A stretch of 25,812 bases of DNA from Deltaproteobacteria bacterium. GTDB taxonomy: Bacteria; Myxococcota_A; UBA9160; SMWR01. A model generated the notes under the pieces. It saw nothing but the letters and a program-made list of their open reading frames with translations. It was not told the origin of the DNA and ran no database searches. The translations under genes were made by a program, and so were the position numbers. Each line of letters opens with the position of its first letter. Position 1 is the first letter of the stretch. The stretch is taken from positions 1 through 25,812 of the forward strand of contig JAQBGU010000166.1 of assembly GCA_032128375.1 (NCBI GenBank), read 5' to 3'. Of this stretch, positions 1 through 9,360 are shown piece by piece.

Positions 1-140
1 GGGGCGAGAATCTGCAGGCACAATGCCACGAATATCGTCAGCACACCGAGGCGCACCGCGATCTCCGTTGCCCGGCGCATCGTTTCCGCGCGAGCTTGCG
101 TGAGTTCGTTCGAATCCTGGGGCTGCGCCGTGTCACTCAT
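1..140 (-). CDS. AI-2E family transporter, N-terminus (partial, runs off the window)
   Basis: Not in the ORF track. ATG at 140 follows a GAGG SD. Manual translation MSDTAQPQDSNELTQARAETMRRATEIAVRLGVLTIFVALCLQILAP resembles the 'EIAIRLG...C..IL.PF' first TM helix of AI-2E/YdiK-like permeases. Confidence 0.55.
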   Translation of the reverse strand, partial: MSDTAQPQDSNELTQARAETMRRATEIAVRLGVLTIFVALCLQILA

Positions 141-300
141 GCTGGTCGGTCCTCGTTTGGGGTTTCGACATCGACGCCCGGGGGTCAACCGTTGATTCGG
201 GCAGAGTGTACCGTGTGCCGGTTCAAAAATTGCCGAATCTGCCGGCCGTCCACTTTCGCCACCGGCACAGCCGGCACACCGGACGGCTGGGGAATATCGG

Positions 301-543
301 ATGATTCGATGCACGATTGGTTTCGCGGCGATGGTATTGCTCGCAGCGGCATGCACACCATCGGCGCTTCCGGCCCGTCAAGGTGGATACACCCGTGACG
401 CCTCTGTCGGCTATCTGGATGATGTGGCACCGATTCTCGACCAACGCTGCGTCGCATGCCACTGCTGCTACAACGCCCCCTGCCAGCTGAAACTCAGCTC
501 CTATCAGGGCGTGGATCGCGGTGGCAGTAAGCAGGTTGTCTAG
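301..543 (+). pseudogene. cti: Truncated fatty acid cis/trans isomerase (Cti), N-terminal heme c-binding fragment
   Basis: Lipoprotein-like signal (LLAAAC), then YLDDVAPILDQRCVACHCCYNAPCQLKLSSYQGVDRGGSKQVV, which matches the Cti N-terminal CxxCH...PCQL.L....G..RG.SK motif. Stops after 80 aa; full Cti is several hundred aa. Confidence 0.7.
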
Positions 544-616
544 TCGACACGGCAAACAGCGGCGGGCGGGATACGGCGCGAGTCACCTCGATGACCTCGC
601 CAACCGATGGGTGTAT

Positions 617-1435
617 TCAGTTCGCCTTCTCGAGCACGTCGAGGCGCTGCTTGAATTGTTCGGCGAACCGCCGGAAGCCACCGCTCCTGGGATGGATCTC
701 GTCTTCCCACTGCTGAACGCTGGGTAGCATTCCGCGGAGGTCGATATGTTCGAAGTCGCTCTCGGCCGCGTGGAGTGGCCGGAGAACGTCATCGTTGTAG
801 CGGTCGATCAGCGCCGTGATGATGGCCCGCTGCTCGGCCTTGTCGGTGACGTGCCTTGCGACCATTCGCGGGCGGATCCACGGGCCGGCGACTGTCAGCT
901 TCCCCCAAAAGAGGGTCGCGCCCTTGTCACGCGGAAACGCGTAATCGTAACCATGCACCAGGAGTTTGCATCCCGGCCTGAACTCCTGCATTCGGGTCAA
1001 GATCTGCCGCAGCGCGCTGCGAAGTTTTTCGAATTCGCCGAGCACCACTTCTTCCTTGATGACATCCTCCCATCGAGAAACGTCGCGTCGATCGCGGAGA
1101 AGATAGTCGAGATTCGCACCCAGCAGGTCGTTGGCGCCGCCACTGAACAGCAGATATCGCCACCGGAAACGCTTGCGATCGAGTTGGTGCACATACTGCG
1201 GTGTGCGGTCGTCGGATTCCCGGATCATATCGGTGAGCGATACTCCGATGGAGGCGAGACGCCGGATCGCGTAGCCACCGAGATCTTGCAGTTGATACAG
1301 GATGTTCCATTGCTTCGGGTGCGCGAACCACGAGTCGCCCTCAGCCAGTATCAGAGGCCAATGGGGGTACCGGCTGAGCGTTTCCTCGAAATCCTTCGCG
1401 GGGGTCCGAGGTCGGTACGGCACGTTGAACGACAT
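617..1435 (-). CDS. SGNH/GDSL hydrolase family protein
   Basis: Block I AEGDSWF, SGGAND, HGYDY and C-terminal DEIHP motifs. ATG at 1435 follows GGAG. Confidence 0.8.
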   Translation of the reverse strand: MSFNVPYRPRTPAKDFEETLSRYPHWPLILAEGDSWFAHPKQWNILYQLQDLGGYAIRRLASIGVSLTDMIRESDDRTPQYVHQLDRKRFRWRYLLFSGGANDLLGANLDYLLRDRRDVSRWEDVIKEEVVLGEFEKLRSALRQILTRMQEFRPGCKLLVHGYDYAFPRDKGATLFWGKLTVAGPWIRPRMVARHVTDKAEQRAIITALIDRYNDDVLRPLHAAESDFEHIDLRGMLPSVQQWEDEIHPRSGGFRRFAEQFKQRLDVLEKAN

Positions 1436-1624
1436 CAGCAAGCTCCGGTGTCATGCGACTGATTCGACGTCGCCCAACATCGCAAGGCGCCGACTCAGTA
1501 GGATGGAGTTCGTCACGATCGAAGTGCCATCGACAGGGAACGCGGCTCCAGGCCAGGGGCCTCATGATGCTCGAACCCGAAACCGAGGTCGAGCGACCGG
1601 GTCCTGATTGTTGAAAATCCTGTG

Positions 1625-2386
1625 CTAGGTGTGGGTCCCAGAGAGGTTGTTGACACCTGCGGGCTCTCTCTGAGACGCGCCCGCAGCGCGGCCGTTTGTC
1701 CGGGCGTACTCTGATCCGCACGTTGATTGGGCGACGTCCCGAACCGCATCCGTAAGTGTGTAGCAACCCGCGTCGCGTCTGACAGACCACAAGCGTTGCG
1801 CTGCGAGAATGGTCGCAAGCGTCCCGTCGTCGGGTGTCGCCGATCCTGCCACTGCCGCGGCGTTTTCGAAGTTGCCGCTGCGGCGAAGAAGATCAGCCAG
1901 TAGCGCAGCCTCCGACGCAGCGGCAGATCCGAAGCTCTGGCTGACATCGCGAGCGCGTTCGAACAACCGGATCGATCGATCGCGCGCGCTCTTGGCGGGC
2001 ACTGGAAGCAGGCGGTCATCACAAACCCAGGCCGCCCGAAGGCTGCTCCACCCTGCAGCTGAGAATTCATCGGACTCTTCCTGGATCGTCGACCAGCACA
2101 TCCACTTTTGCGCCAGTCTTGGGAACGTCGGGATTCTGTGCACTCGCTGGTATTCCGGACTGCGGACGACGCGAACCACGACATCGTCGCCATCCGAGAG
2201 GACCGGCGCACAATACCCGCAGCTGCGACACCTTCGGATCCTTTTGAGGATCGCCTGCCGCGCCGGGCCGCCAGGCCGGCTGTCCAGATCGGGAAGACCG
2301 ACGGCAGTTGTCGCGTCAGGCAGCCAATGGAACCGGGTCGCTTGACAAACACGACAAGCGGTTCTTCGCATTCGTGGAATTCGCAT
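1625..2386 (-). CDS. DUF2225-like zinc-ribbon / helical-repeat protein (start uncertain, 2386-2455)
   Basis: CRVC...PDLDSRP...CRSCGYCA zinc ribbon, LRAAWVCDD, LLADLLRRSGNFENA. Confidence 0.6.
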   Translation of the reverse strand: MRIPRMRRTACRVCQATRFHWLPDATTAVGLPDLDSRPGGPARQAILKRIRRCRSCGYCAPVLSDGDDVVVRVVRSPEYQRVHRIPTFPRLAQKWMCWSTIQEESDEFSAAGWSSLRAAWVCDDRLLPVPAKSARDRSIRLFERARDVSQSFGSAAASEAALLADLLRRSGNFENAAAVAGSATPDDGTLATILAAQRLWSVRRDAGCYTLTDAVRDVAQSTCGSEYARTNGRAAGASQREPAGVNNLSGTHT

Positions 2387-2493
2387 CAGTCGTTGAGAAA
2401 ATCTCTTCATGCAGGCCTTTGTCCGAATAGTCCGAATAGATAGACTCAGCGACAACGTGAATCGGATGAAGCGGGCAGCCGGTTGAAGACCTG

Positions 2494-3012
2494 TTGAGCG
2501 AGGATGTCGATCCCACCGATTGGGGCGACGTGCTGGTGCGATTTCGCCAGGGGGAACTCGCGGCCACTGAGCGCTTGTCGGGAATCGTTCTGACGTATCT
2601 GGCGCGCTTCGGAGCCTTCCAGTATCGGGATTCTTGGGACGACATCGTTCAGGAGGTACTGATTCGCCTGTGGAAGAACCTGGACCAGATCGAGCATGTC
2701 GAGCGTCTCGTCGGTTGGATCCGGACCACCACCCACAACGTGTTCGTCAGTTGGTGCCGAAAGCACCGGGTCATGATCCCCCTGCCAGAGCAGAGAAACG
2801 ATGAGAGGCACCCCCTTGCTGAACTCGTCGAACTCCAGCGCGCTTTGTTGCAGCTCACGCCGGCGCAGCGAACCGTAATCGAGACGATCTATCTCGAAGG
2901 CCGGACCTTTGCAGACGCATCGAAACAGCTGGGAATGCCAGAGGGGACGTTGAGAACGATTCGGACGCAAGCCATGAAGGCGCTCCGGCGTAGCTTTCTC
3001 GATCGTGTGTAA
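2494..3012 (+). CDS. ECF-type RNA polymerase sigma-70 factor
   Basis: Region 2 DDIVQEVLIRLWK...GWIRTTTHN; region 4 HTH LTPAQRTVIETIYLEGRTFADASKQLGMPEGTLRT; 172 aa. Confidence 0.85.
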   Translation: MSEDVDPTDWGDVLVRFRQGELAATERLSGIVLTYLARFGAFQYRDSWDDIVQEVLIRLWKNLDQIEHVERLVGWIRTTTHNVFVSWCRKHRVMIPLPEQRNDERHPLAELVELQRALLQLTPAQRTVIETIYLEGRTFADASKQLGMPEGTLRTIRTQAMKALRRSFLDRV

Positions 3013-3069
3013 AGAATTTTCATCCGAAATGCGCCCCGCTGGAGTCAATTCTCGGGGAGATGGGATCGC

Positions 3070-3558
3070 ATGAAGCCGGTAGAATCCGATGGGTCCGATG
3101 GAAGGTCCGATGGAAGGTCCGATGGAAGGTCCGATGGAAGGTCCGATGGAAGGTCTGATGGGTCCGATGGATCCGGTGGGTCCGATGGGTCTGATGGAAG
3201 GTCCGATGGATCCGATGGGTCCGGTGGGTCCAATAGAAAGTCGGATGCATGGCTGACTCGCCTGCTGGCCGACGTTCTATCGGCGCAGGGCGATGACCTG
3301 TCTGCCGCGTCGCTTGGGCAGACCCATCAAACAAGCCAAGCTACGGATACCTCGTCGCAGCTGGGTGCAGAGTCGCTCGAAAGTCTCGGCACCCACCGTG
3401 CGACTCTCGGGAGCGATTCCGACGATACGCGACTGATCGAAATCGAATCTCAGATCAACGCGAGTCGGGTTTCTGCCGCTGCCGGATTCGAGAGAGCACT
3501 CAGCAAGAGCCGGCGCTTGCGCTGGCTGCGCTGGAAGTGGCTGTCTCGACGCCACTAG
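3070..3558 (+). CDS. Hypothetical low-complexity protein with SDG(R) repeats, downstream of the ECF sigma factor
   Basis: ATG follows GGGGAG/GGGA; co-oriented with the sigma gene and ends 9 bp from the convergent protease gene. No recognisable domain. Confidence 0.4.
   Translation: MKPVESDGSDGRSDGRSDGRSDGRSDGRSDGSDGSGGSDGSDGRSDGSDGSGGSNRKSDAWLTRLLADVLSAQGDDLSAASLGQTHQTSQATDTSSQLGAESLESLGTHRATLGSDSDDTRLIEIESQINASRVSAAAGFERALSKSRRLRWLRWKWLSRRH
3085..3231 (+). repeat. Imperfect tandem repeat of 12-bp TCCGATGGAAGG and 9-bp TCCGATGGR units
   Basis: Directly visible; encodes SDGR/SDG/SGG in frame. Confidence 0.9.
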
Positions 3559-3567
3559 CGTCAACGA

Positions 3568-5907
3568 TCAACCGATTGCGTTGCGCAAAATCGGAAAGGC
3601 CTCGATCGCCTCTTCGATCGCGACCGCGAAGCTCAGGCCCTCTCGAGATGGGTCGACATCCTTGAGGGCGTTGATGCCGATGACTTCTCCCCACTTGTTC
3701 AGAAGCGGTCCCCCGCTGTTTCCTCGATTCAAAGCCGTATCGGTCTGGATGTATCGGACCGATACCCCAGACCCGGAAGCAGAGGGCAAGCTCCGCAGTG
3801 CGCTGACCACCCCCTTTGTGACTGACTGCTCGAGGGGGCCGAACATGCTCCCCGGACACCCGATCGCCAGCAGCGGCTCCCCAAGCACCAATCGGCGCGA
3901 ACGCCCGAGTCGCAGTGAGGGGAGTGGGCGATGGTTGGTGCACAACAACGCGAGATCGGTCGTTTCGCAACGCGAAGCCACCTCGGCGGACACTAACTGC
4001 CCATCCTTGAGGCGAATCTGAAGTTGCGTCGCGGTACCCACGACATGCAGGCTGGTCAGGATCACCCCGCCAGGGGCCGCAAAGAACCCGCTGCCGAAGC
4101 GCCCAGCGTTCTCCACCACGACGACCGCGGGAGCGGCAGCATCGACCAGGTCCGCTGGCTCAGCCTGTCGCTCTGCCGTTTGGGAATTCGCCAGCATGGC
4201 GCCCACCTTCTGGGCGGCTGATGACAACACCGAAAGGTCCGCGGTCGTGTAGATGTCGCCAGACCTCTTGGGACCCAGCGTGATAAAAGCCGCCCGCTGG
4301 CCACCACTTCGAATCGGGAGGACGACGGCCGCCGAGAGCCTCGCCAGACTCGCGCGATCGTAATCGTTGAGTTCTGTAGAGCGTCTCCGCTCGGTCCATT
4401 TGGGATCCGCGATGAGTGTCGAGCGCTCGAAAATAGACGCAACGACGGGGCTTCCGAGGTCGAAGTGTGAGGTCGCCGTGTTCCCGACCGAGAAGACGGG
4501 AGCGAAATGTGTATCCGAGAGTTGGTAAACAGTGCACGAGACTGGCCGCACGAGACTGGCGATGCCCTCGCCAAGCCGATCCAACACCTCCTCCGGCCGG
4601 TCGGGCTTCGACAGGTCGTTGAGCAAGGGCGCGATCCCAACGCTCAGGTCATGACGCTCCGGGAAGAACACGCTGTCGAGGAACGGTCGCACCCGCCTGC
4701 TCACGGGTATGAAAATAGCGGCGAGTGCCAAGCAGATCCCGATCTGCCCATAGGAGGAATCTACGCCTACTACGGACGACACCGTGTCAACGACGTAGCG
4801 CGAGAGCGAAAGCCCGCCAGCGACGAAGGCCATCGCGACGACGGAGTAGGCGGCCGTGGCGCTGATCAGACGGTCGATGTCGAATAGGTCAAACCGAACA
4901 GTGGCGACCAGCAGGCCCAGCGGCAGCGCCAGCGTGCAGATGACGCTCAACCCAAACATGAGATCTACCCATTGTGAATCGGGGATCAGGATTCGACACA
5001 GACTATTGGCGGCCAACGGAGCATTGGCGATATACAGGCCATACAGGAACCACTTGATTTTTCTCCGCCCGATCGACGTGCTGCGCCGGTAGTTGAGGGT
5101 CATCGTCACGAGAGCGGCAAGAATCGCGCTTGTGTCGGTGAGGAGGATACCTACGGGTATAGCTGCAGGTGGCACCGGCCCACCGAGTACGAAGCTCAGC
5201 CTCAGCACTCCGTAGGCGATTGCAAAGACCAATGGCATGCCGATTCGATGCATCGGGTTCGTGTGCCCACCGTCCGGAAAGATCGTGACCCAAAACAGAA
5301 ATACAGGAGCCGCGACTGCCCCCGTGCACATGAAGATCAACTCGGAAGCTTGTGTCTGGACGAACGACCCGCCTTTGAAGGGAGCCTGGTGAATTAGCAA
5401 CCCCAAGATCGCAACGAACAGCCAGCGACCCTGGCGACGATCTGGAGCCCGAATCAGTATCAACACCGAAACGAGTGCAGCGGCGAGCTGGGTCGGGATT
5501 CTTGCCCAAGCAATGGGGGCGGGAACGAGAGCCAGCTGGGTCGTCCTGTGTTCGCCGTCCCGCTCGTATCGGAGCAGTACGCTAGGTCGGCCATTCGCCT
5601 GTTCGATCGCCAGCGCCTCGAACGCCATGAAACCCTTCCCGCGAAGGTCTGCCTCGCCGACTTGGAGGACCCGATCGTTCAACTCGAGTCCGGACGGGTC
5701 ACTCCCACGGTCGAGATCGAAGCCCGCAATGACCGGATAAGAACTGGGATCTGATGGGGGAGCTACATAGGCGATGGGCTCTGCGAGTCCAGTTCGAAAT
5801 ACCTCTCGGACGTGTAGTGCGAAACAGACGAACCAAAGCGCCATCAGCATCAGGAGCGGCTCGCGTCGCAGGGTCATCCCCTCCGGTGCATCAAAGTGGA
5901 GCCTCAT
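3568..5907 (-). CDS. Multi-pass membrane protein: PDZ-like N-terminal domain, TM bundle, GAF-like domain, C-terminal trypsin-like (S1/HtrA-type) serine protease
   Basis: GLELNDRVLQVG (PDZ-like); about 8-10 hydrophobic helices ending in RFDLFDIDRLI; GAF-like AVVLPIR...FITLGPKRSGDIYTTADLSVL; protease motifs GSGFF, TSLHVV, DLALL, IQTDTALNRGNSGGPLLN. Confidence 0.85.
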   Translation of the reverse strand: MRLHFDAPEGMTLRREPLLMLMALWFVCFALHVREVFRTGLAEPIAYVAPPSDPSSYPVIAGFDLDRGSDPSGLELNDRVLQVGEADLRGKGFMAFEALAIEQANGRPSVLLRYERDGEHRTTQLALVPAPIAWARIPTQLAAALVSVLILIRAPDRRQGRWLFVAILGLLIHQAPFKGGSFVQTQASELIFMCTGAVAAPVFLFWVTIFPDGGHTNPMHRIGMPLVFAIAYGVLRLSFVLGGPVPPAAIPVGILLTDTSAILAALVTMTLNYRRSTSIGRRKIKWFLYGLYIANAPLAANSLCRILIPDSQWVDLMFGLSVICTLALPLGLLVATVRFDLFDIDRLISATAAYSVVAMAFVAGGLSLSRYVVDTVSSVVGVDSSYGQIGICLALAAIFIPVSRRVRPFLDSVFFPERHDLSVGIAPLLNDLSKPDRPEEVLDRLGEGIASLVRPVSCTVYQLSDTHFAPVFSVGNTATSHFDLGSPVVASIFERSTLIADPKWTERRRSTELNDYDRASLARLSAAVVLPIRSGGQRAAFITLGPKRSGDIYTTADLSVLSSAAQKVGAMLANSQTAERQAEPADLVDAAAPAVVVVENAGRFGSGFFAAPGGVILTSLHVVGTATQLQIRLKDGQLVSAEVASRCETTDLALLCTNHRPLPSLRLGRSRRLVLGEPLLAIGCPGSMFGPLEQSVTKGVVSALRSLPSASGSGVSVRYIQTDTALNRGNSGGPLLNKWGEVIGINALKDVDPSREGLSFAVAIEEAIEAFPILRNAIG

Positions 5908-5950
5908 GCTATCGCCGATGGGAGTACCCGGTCATCGGACACTTTCGAGC

Positions 5951-5973
5951 TTGAAAAAATCGTGTATTTTCAA
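5951..5973. promoter_or_regulatory. Inverted repeat TTGAAAA-N9-TTTTCAA in the divergent intergenic region
   Basis: Seen directly in an AT-rich patch between the divergent protease and LuxR-type genes. Function inferred. Confidence 0.35.
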
Positions 5974-6084
5974 AGTGTTACAGGAAATCTTCAGAATCGC
6001 CTCAGAATCGATCAGTTCGTGCCATCCGATTTCTGGCATTCCGACGTCTCTCAAAGAGTGACACCGCGAATCCGCGGAGCCCCA

Positions 6085-6122
6085 TTGTTCAACACCTCTT
6101 GTTCAACAGCTCTGTTTCGACA
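6085..6122. repeat. 14-bp-period direct repeat with palindromic core TGTT-C-AACA (2 exact copies plus 1 degenerate)
   Basis: TTGTTCAACA at 6085-6094 and 6099-6108; degenerate CTGTTTCGACA at 6112-6122. Confidence 0.55.
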
Positions 6123-6177
6123 CCCAATGTGAGTCCAACCGGGGGATGGTCCCTTGCCTTTCGGGCGGTAGGCCAGA

Positions 6178-7494
6178 ATGCTGCCGATGCTTCCACCTGA
6201 ATCTCGCGCGCTGCCGTTGATCGAGCTGATCTACCGAGCAGCCAGTGACCCGAGTGTATGGAAAGACCTGCTCGCGGCTGTCTCCGATCAGCTCGGCGGA
6301 CCTGCCGCCATGCTGAACCTGGAGGTTCCCGGCGAGCCTGCAGAGCGGTTCGCCTACCGGGTTCACTCCGAGACGAAGTACGCCCAGATCTTCGCCGACC
6401 ACGTAGCGCGCGGCGAATTCCCCTGGCCGCTTCACGCAGTGCCCACTGAGCGCTTCATCCGCGGCAACGAGATCTTCCCGGACGAGAAGTTGATCGGCAC
6501 GGGTTTCTGGCTGGCCTACATGCAGCCACAGGGGTTCCTCCCGGTGGGTCCGGTAGGCCATGTCTTCGGCTCGTTCGAAGGCCAGCGCACGGCCAGCATC
6601 GGGATCTACCGTTTCGATGGGGGGCGGGAATTCGACGAGTCGGACATACGCATGCTCGACCTGCTGGTGCCGCATTTCGCGCAGGCCTACCGACTGATGC
6701 GCGAACTTCAGGGGTGCCGCAACCAATGGGACGCCGCGCGTGAAGTGCTCGATCGCGTTCCGATTGGTTTCATGCTTCTCGACCGCGACTGTCGGGTCGC
6801 GGCGATAAACGTCGTCGCCGAGAAGATCGTCGAGCTGGCCGACGGGTTCGTGATCGACGACGGACGTCCGCGTGTTACGGCCGCGGGTCGCAGGATGGCG
6901 CGCCGTGCGAGGCCGAATACAAGACGCGTCGCCGCGACTCAGGGTGAAGCGAATCGCAACTTCCAGAAACTCCTCGAGCGCGCCGTCATGTGCGAACTCG
7001 TGGAAGGAGAGGGCGGCTTTTTCGTCGAACGACCCTCCGGAGGTCGCGCCTTCACGGGAGTGGTGACGAGCCTCCACCCGAACGCCCGCATTGGCTTTGC
7101 CCGCGACGCGCGTTCGGCGTTGTACGTCTCCGACCCGGACGCCCACAATCTCGGCATGCGCGATCTGCTGGCTTCCTTCTACGATCTGACGATCGCCGAG
7201 GCGGAGATCGCCGCCCTCTTGTCGGCGGGGCACTCGGTCGAGAAGGCCGCGGTCATCCGCAGTGTCACTGTCCACACCGCCCGCAGCCAGTTGAAGAGCA
7301 TCTTCATCAAGACGGGCGTGAACCGCCAAAGTGATCTCGTTCACCTGCTCCTGACCAGCGCCACCGCGCTGCTGTTGACTGCTGACGCACCGAACCGGTT
7401 CGGGCGGATGCGTGTTTTCGGGGCGACGGGTGGAAACGATCCATCGTCTCGGTCTCGAAATCACCGGCGCGCCGTTCTCAAAGCGCCACGCTGA
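6178..7494 (+). CDS. LuxR-type HTH transcriptional regulator with GAF/PAS-like sensory domains
   Basis: N-terminal LIELIYRAASDPSVW; LLVPHFAQAYRL; PAS-like VLDRVPIGFMLLD; C-terminal YDLTIAEAEIAALLSAG...TARSQLKSIFIKTGVNRQSDLV. Confidence 0.85.
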   Translation: MLPMLPPESRALPLIELIYRAASDPSVWKDLLAAVSDQLGGPAAMLNLEVPGEPAERFAYRVHSETKYAQIFADHVARGEFPWPLHAVPTERFIRGNEIFPDEKLIGTGFWLAYMQPQGFLPVGPVGHVFGSFEGQRTASIGIYRFDGGREFDESDIRMLDLLVPHFAQAYRLMRELQGCRNQWDAAREVLDRVPIGFMLLDRDCRVAAINVVAEKIVELADGFVIDDGRPRVTAAGRRMARRARPNTRRVAATQGEANRNFQKLLERAVMCELVEGEGGFFVERPSGGRAFTGVVTSLHPNARIGFARDARSALYVSDPDAHNLGMRDLLASFYDLTIAEAEIAALLSAGHSVEKAAVIRSVTVHTARSQLKSIFIKTGVNRQSDLVHLLLTSATALLLTADAPNRFGRMRVFGATGGNDPSSRSRNHRRAVLKAPR

Positions 7495-7714
7495 GAAGTC
7501 CGGTTCACATGGGCGCCCCGCGTAAGTAGCGGACGGCCCCGGCAGGGTGGAATTCCCGTTTTTGCGCTGAATCGGATGCAGCTGCCAAGAAGTGGACGGC
7601 CGATGTTCGAGTCCCGGTCAGCATCGTGATCGGCGCCCAGAAGTGGTACAAGATCCCCATGACTTCGGATCAACGATTCGACCGGTGCCGCGCCCGGACG
7701 TCGAGCGGCGATGT

Positions 7715-9349
7715 ATGCAAGCGGGGCGCTTCATGATCGCGCCTCCCCAAGGGCTCGACGTGTTGATCATTGGGGCCGGCTTTTCCGGCCTGTACGCGAT
7801 GCTTCGCTTGCGTGATCAAGGCCTCCGCGCCCGGGTGTTGGAAGCCGCGAGCGACGTCGGTGGGACCTGGTATTGGAACCGCTACCCGGGTGCGCGATGT
7901 GATGTGCCGAGCGTCGAGTACTCGTACAGCTTCTCGAAGGAGCTCGAGCAGCATTGGGATTGGTCCGAGGTCATGGCCGGTCAGCCCGAGATTCTGCGGT
8001 ATGCGAACCACGTCGCGGATCGCTTCGATCTCCGCCGCGAGATCCAGTTCGATACGCGCGTGGCATCTGCGCACTTCGACGAAGAAAAACGCCGTTGGCG
8101 CGTCTCGACGGAACAGGGCGAGGTCTTCGAAGCCCGCTTCTGCATCATGGCGACCGGCTGCCTTTCGACCCCCAATACACCGCCGATCGAAGGCGCCGCC
8201 GATTTCGCCGGGCCGGTCTATCATACAGGACGTTGGCCTCACGAGGGTGTCGACTTCACGGATGTCCACGCGGGGATTATCGGCACAGGTTCTTCGGGTG
8301 TGCAGGCGATTCCGGTCATCGCTCAGACGGCACAACACCTCACAGTGTTTCAGCGAACCCCGAACTACACACTGCCGGCGGGCAATCGCCCGCTGAGCGA
8401 CGAAGATCGAAGACGGACGAAGGCGGTGTACGCGCGAATCCGCCAGAGCGAACGCGAATCGATGGGTGGGTTCGTCTTCGGCTTCGGTGGGAACCCAGTC
8501 GTGGTCGCCAGCGAAGCGCTGCTGGAAACCACAGCCAAACAACGCGAAGCCCGGGTAGAGAAGGAGGGGTTCGACGCGATTCGTCGCTACCTGGATGTCC
8601 AACTCGATCTCGGCGCCAACGAACTCGCCTGCGAGATGTACCGACAGCAGGTCGGCCGAATCGTGAACGATCCGCAGACCGCCGCCGGTTTGATGCCTCG
8701 TGGTTACCCGATCGGTTGCAAACGGCCCGTCATCGACACGGACTACTACGCGACTTTCAATCGCGACAACGTGACGCTGGTCGATCTCCGCCGAGGTGGG
8801 ATCGAACGGATCACGCCCACCGGTGTGCGAACCGGCCAGGGCCAATTCGATCTCGACGCGCTCATCTATGCGACCGGCTTCGACGCGATGACGGGTGCGG
8901 TGCTCTCGATCGACGTGCGCGGTCGGGGCGGCGTGTCACTCCGAGAGTCGTGGGCAGGCGGACCCCGCGCCTATCTCGGGCTGCAGGTGAACGGCTTTCC
9001 AAACCTGTTCACTGTGACCGGACCCGGCAGCCCCTCGGTGCTGAGCAACATGATCGTCTCCATCGAGCAGCACGTCGACTGGATCGGCGACTGCATCGCG
9101 CATATGGACCGAAATGATCTGGCGACAATCGAGCCGCATCGCGACGCGCAAGACACCTGGATCGCACATGTCAACGAAGTCGCAAAGGGATCAATGCTCA
9201 CCGCAGCGACGTGCAACTCGTGGTATCTCGGAGCCAATATCCCAGGCAAGCCGCGGATCTTCATGCCGTATGTCGGTGGAGTCGGCGAATACCGCAAAAA
9301 ATGCGACGAAGTCGCTGCGAATGATTACGAAGGCTTCTCGTTCGAATAG
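7715..9349 (+). CDS. Type I Baeyer-Villiger monooxygenase (cyclohexanone/phenylacetone/steroid monooxygenase family); start 7715 or 7733
   Basis: Rossmann motifs GAGFSG and GTGSSG, GGTWYWNRYPGARCD, BVMO fingerprint FAGPVYHTGRWP, ATGFDA, SWYLGANIPGKPR. Confidence 0.95.
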   Translation: MQAGRFMIAPPQGLDVLIIGAGFSGLYAMLRLRDQGLRARVLEAASDVGGTWYWNRYPGARCDVPSVEYSYSFSKELEQHWDWSEVMAGQPEILRYANHVADRFDLRREIQFDTRVASAHFDEEKRRWRVSTEQGEVFEARFCIMATGCLSTPNTPPIEGAADFAGPVYHTGRWPHEGVDFTDVHAGIIGTGSSGVQAIPVIAQTAQHLTVFQRTPNYTLPAGNRPLSDEDRRRTKAVYARIRQSERESMGGFVFGFGGNPVVVASEALLETTAKQREARVEKEGFDAIRRYLDVQLDLGANELACEMYRQQVGRIVNDPQTAAGLMPRGYPIGCKRPVIDTDYYATFNRDNVTLVDLRRGGIERITPTGVRTGQGQFDLDALIYATGFDAMTGAVLSIDVRGRGGVSLRESWAGGPRAYLGLQVNGFPNLFTVTGPGSPSVLSNMIVSIEQHVDWIGDCIAHMDRNDLATIEPHRDAQDTWIAHVNEVAKGSMLTAATCNSWYLGANIPGKPRIFMPYVGGVGEYRKKCDEVAANDYEGFSFE

Positions 9350-9360
9350 GACGCAGCGAG

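Noticed and set aside
746..1462. 238-aa + strand ORF
   Set aside because: Antisense shadow of the SGNH hydrolase; no motifs.
3085..3231. Possible CRISPR array
   Set aside because: Units are 9-12 bp and contiguous with no unique spacers; no cas genes in the window.
7510..7565. Possible rho-independent terminator after the LuxR-type gene
   Set aside because: The stem before the T-run is short and imperfect; not supportable.
6103..8845. Long minus-strand ORFs of 453 aa and 391 aa
   Set aside because: Antisense shadows of the LuxR-type and BVMO genes, as expected in high-GC DNA.
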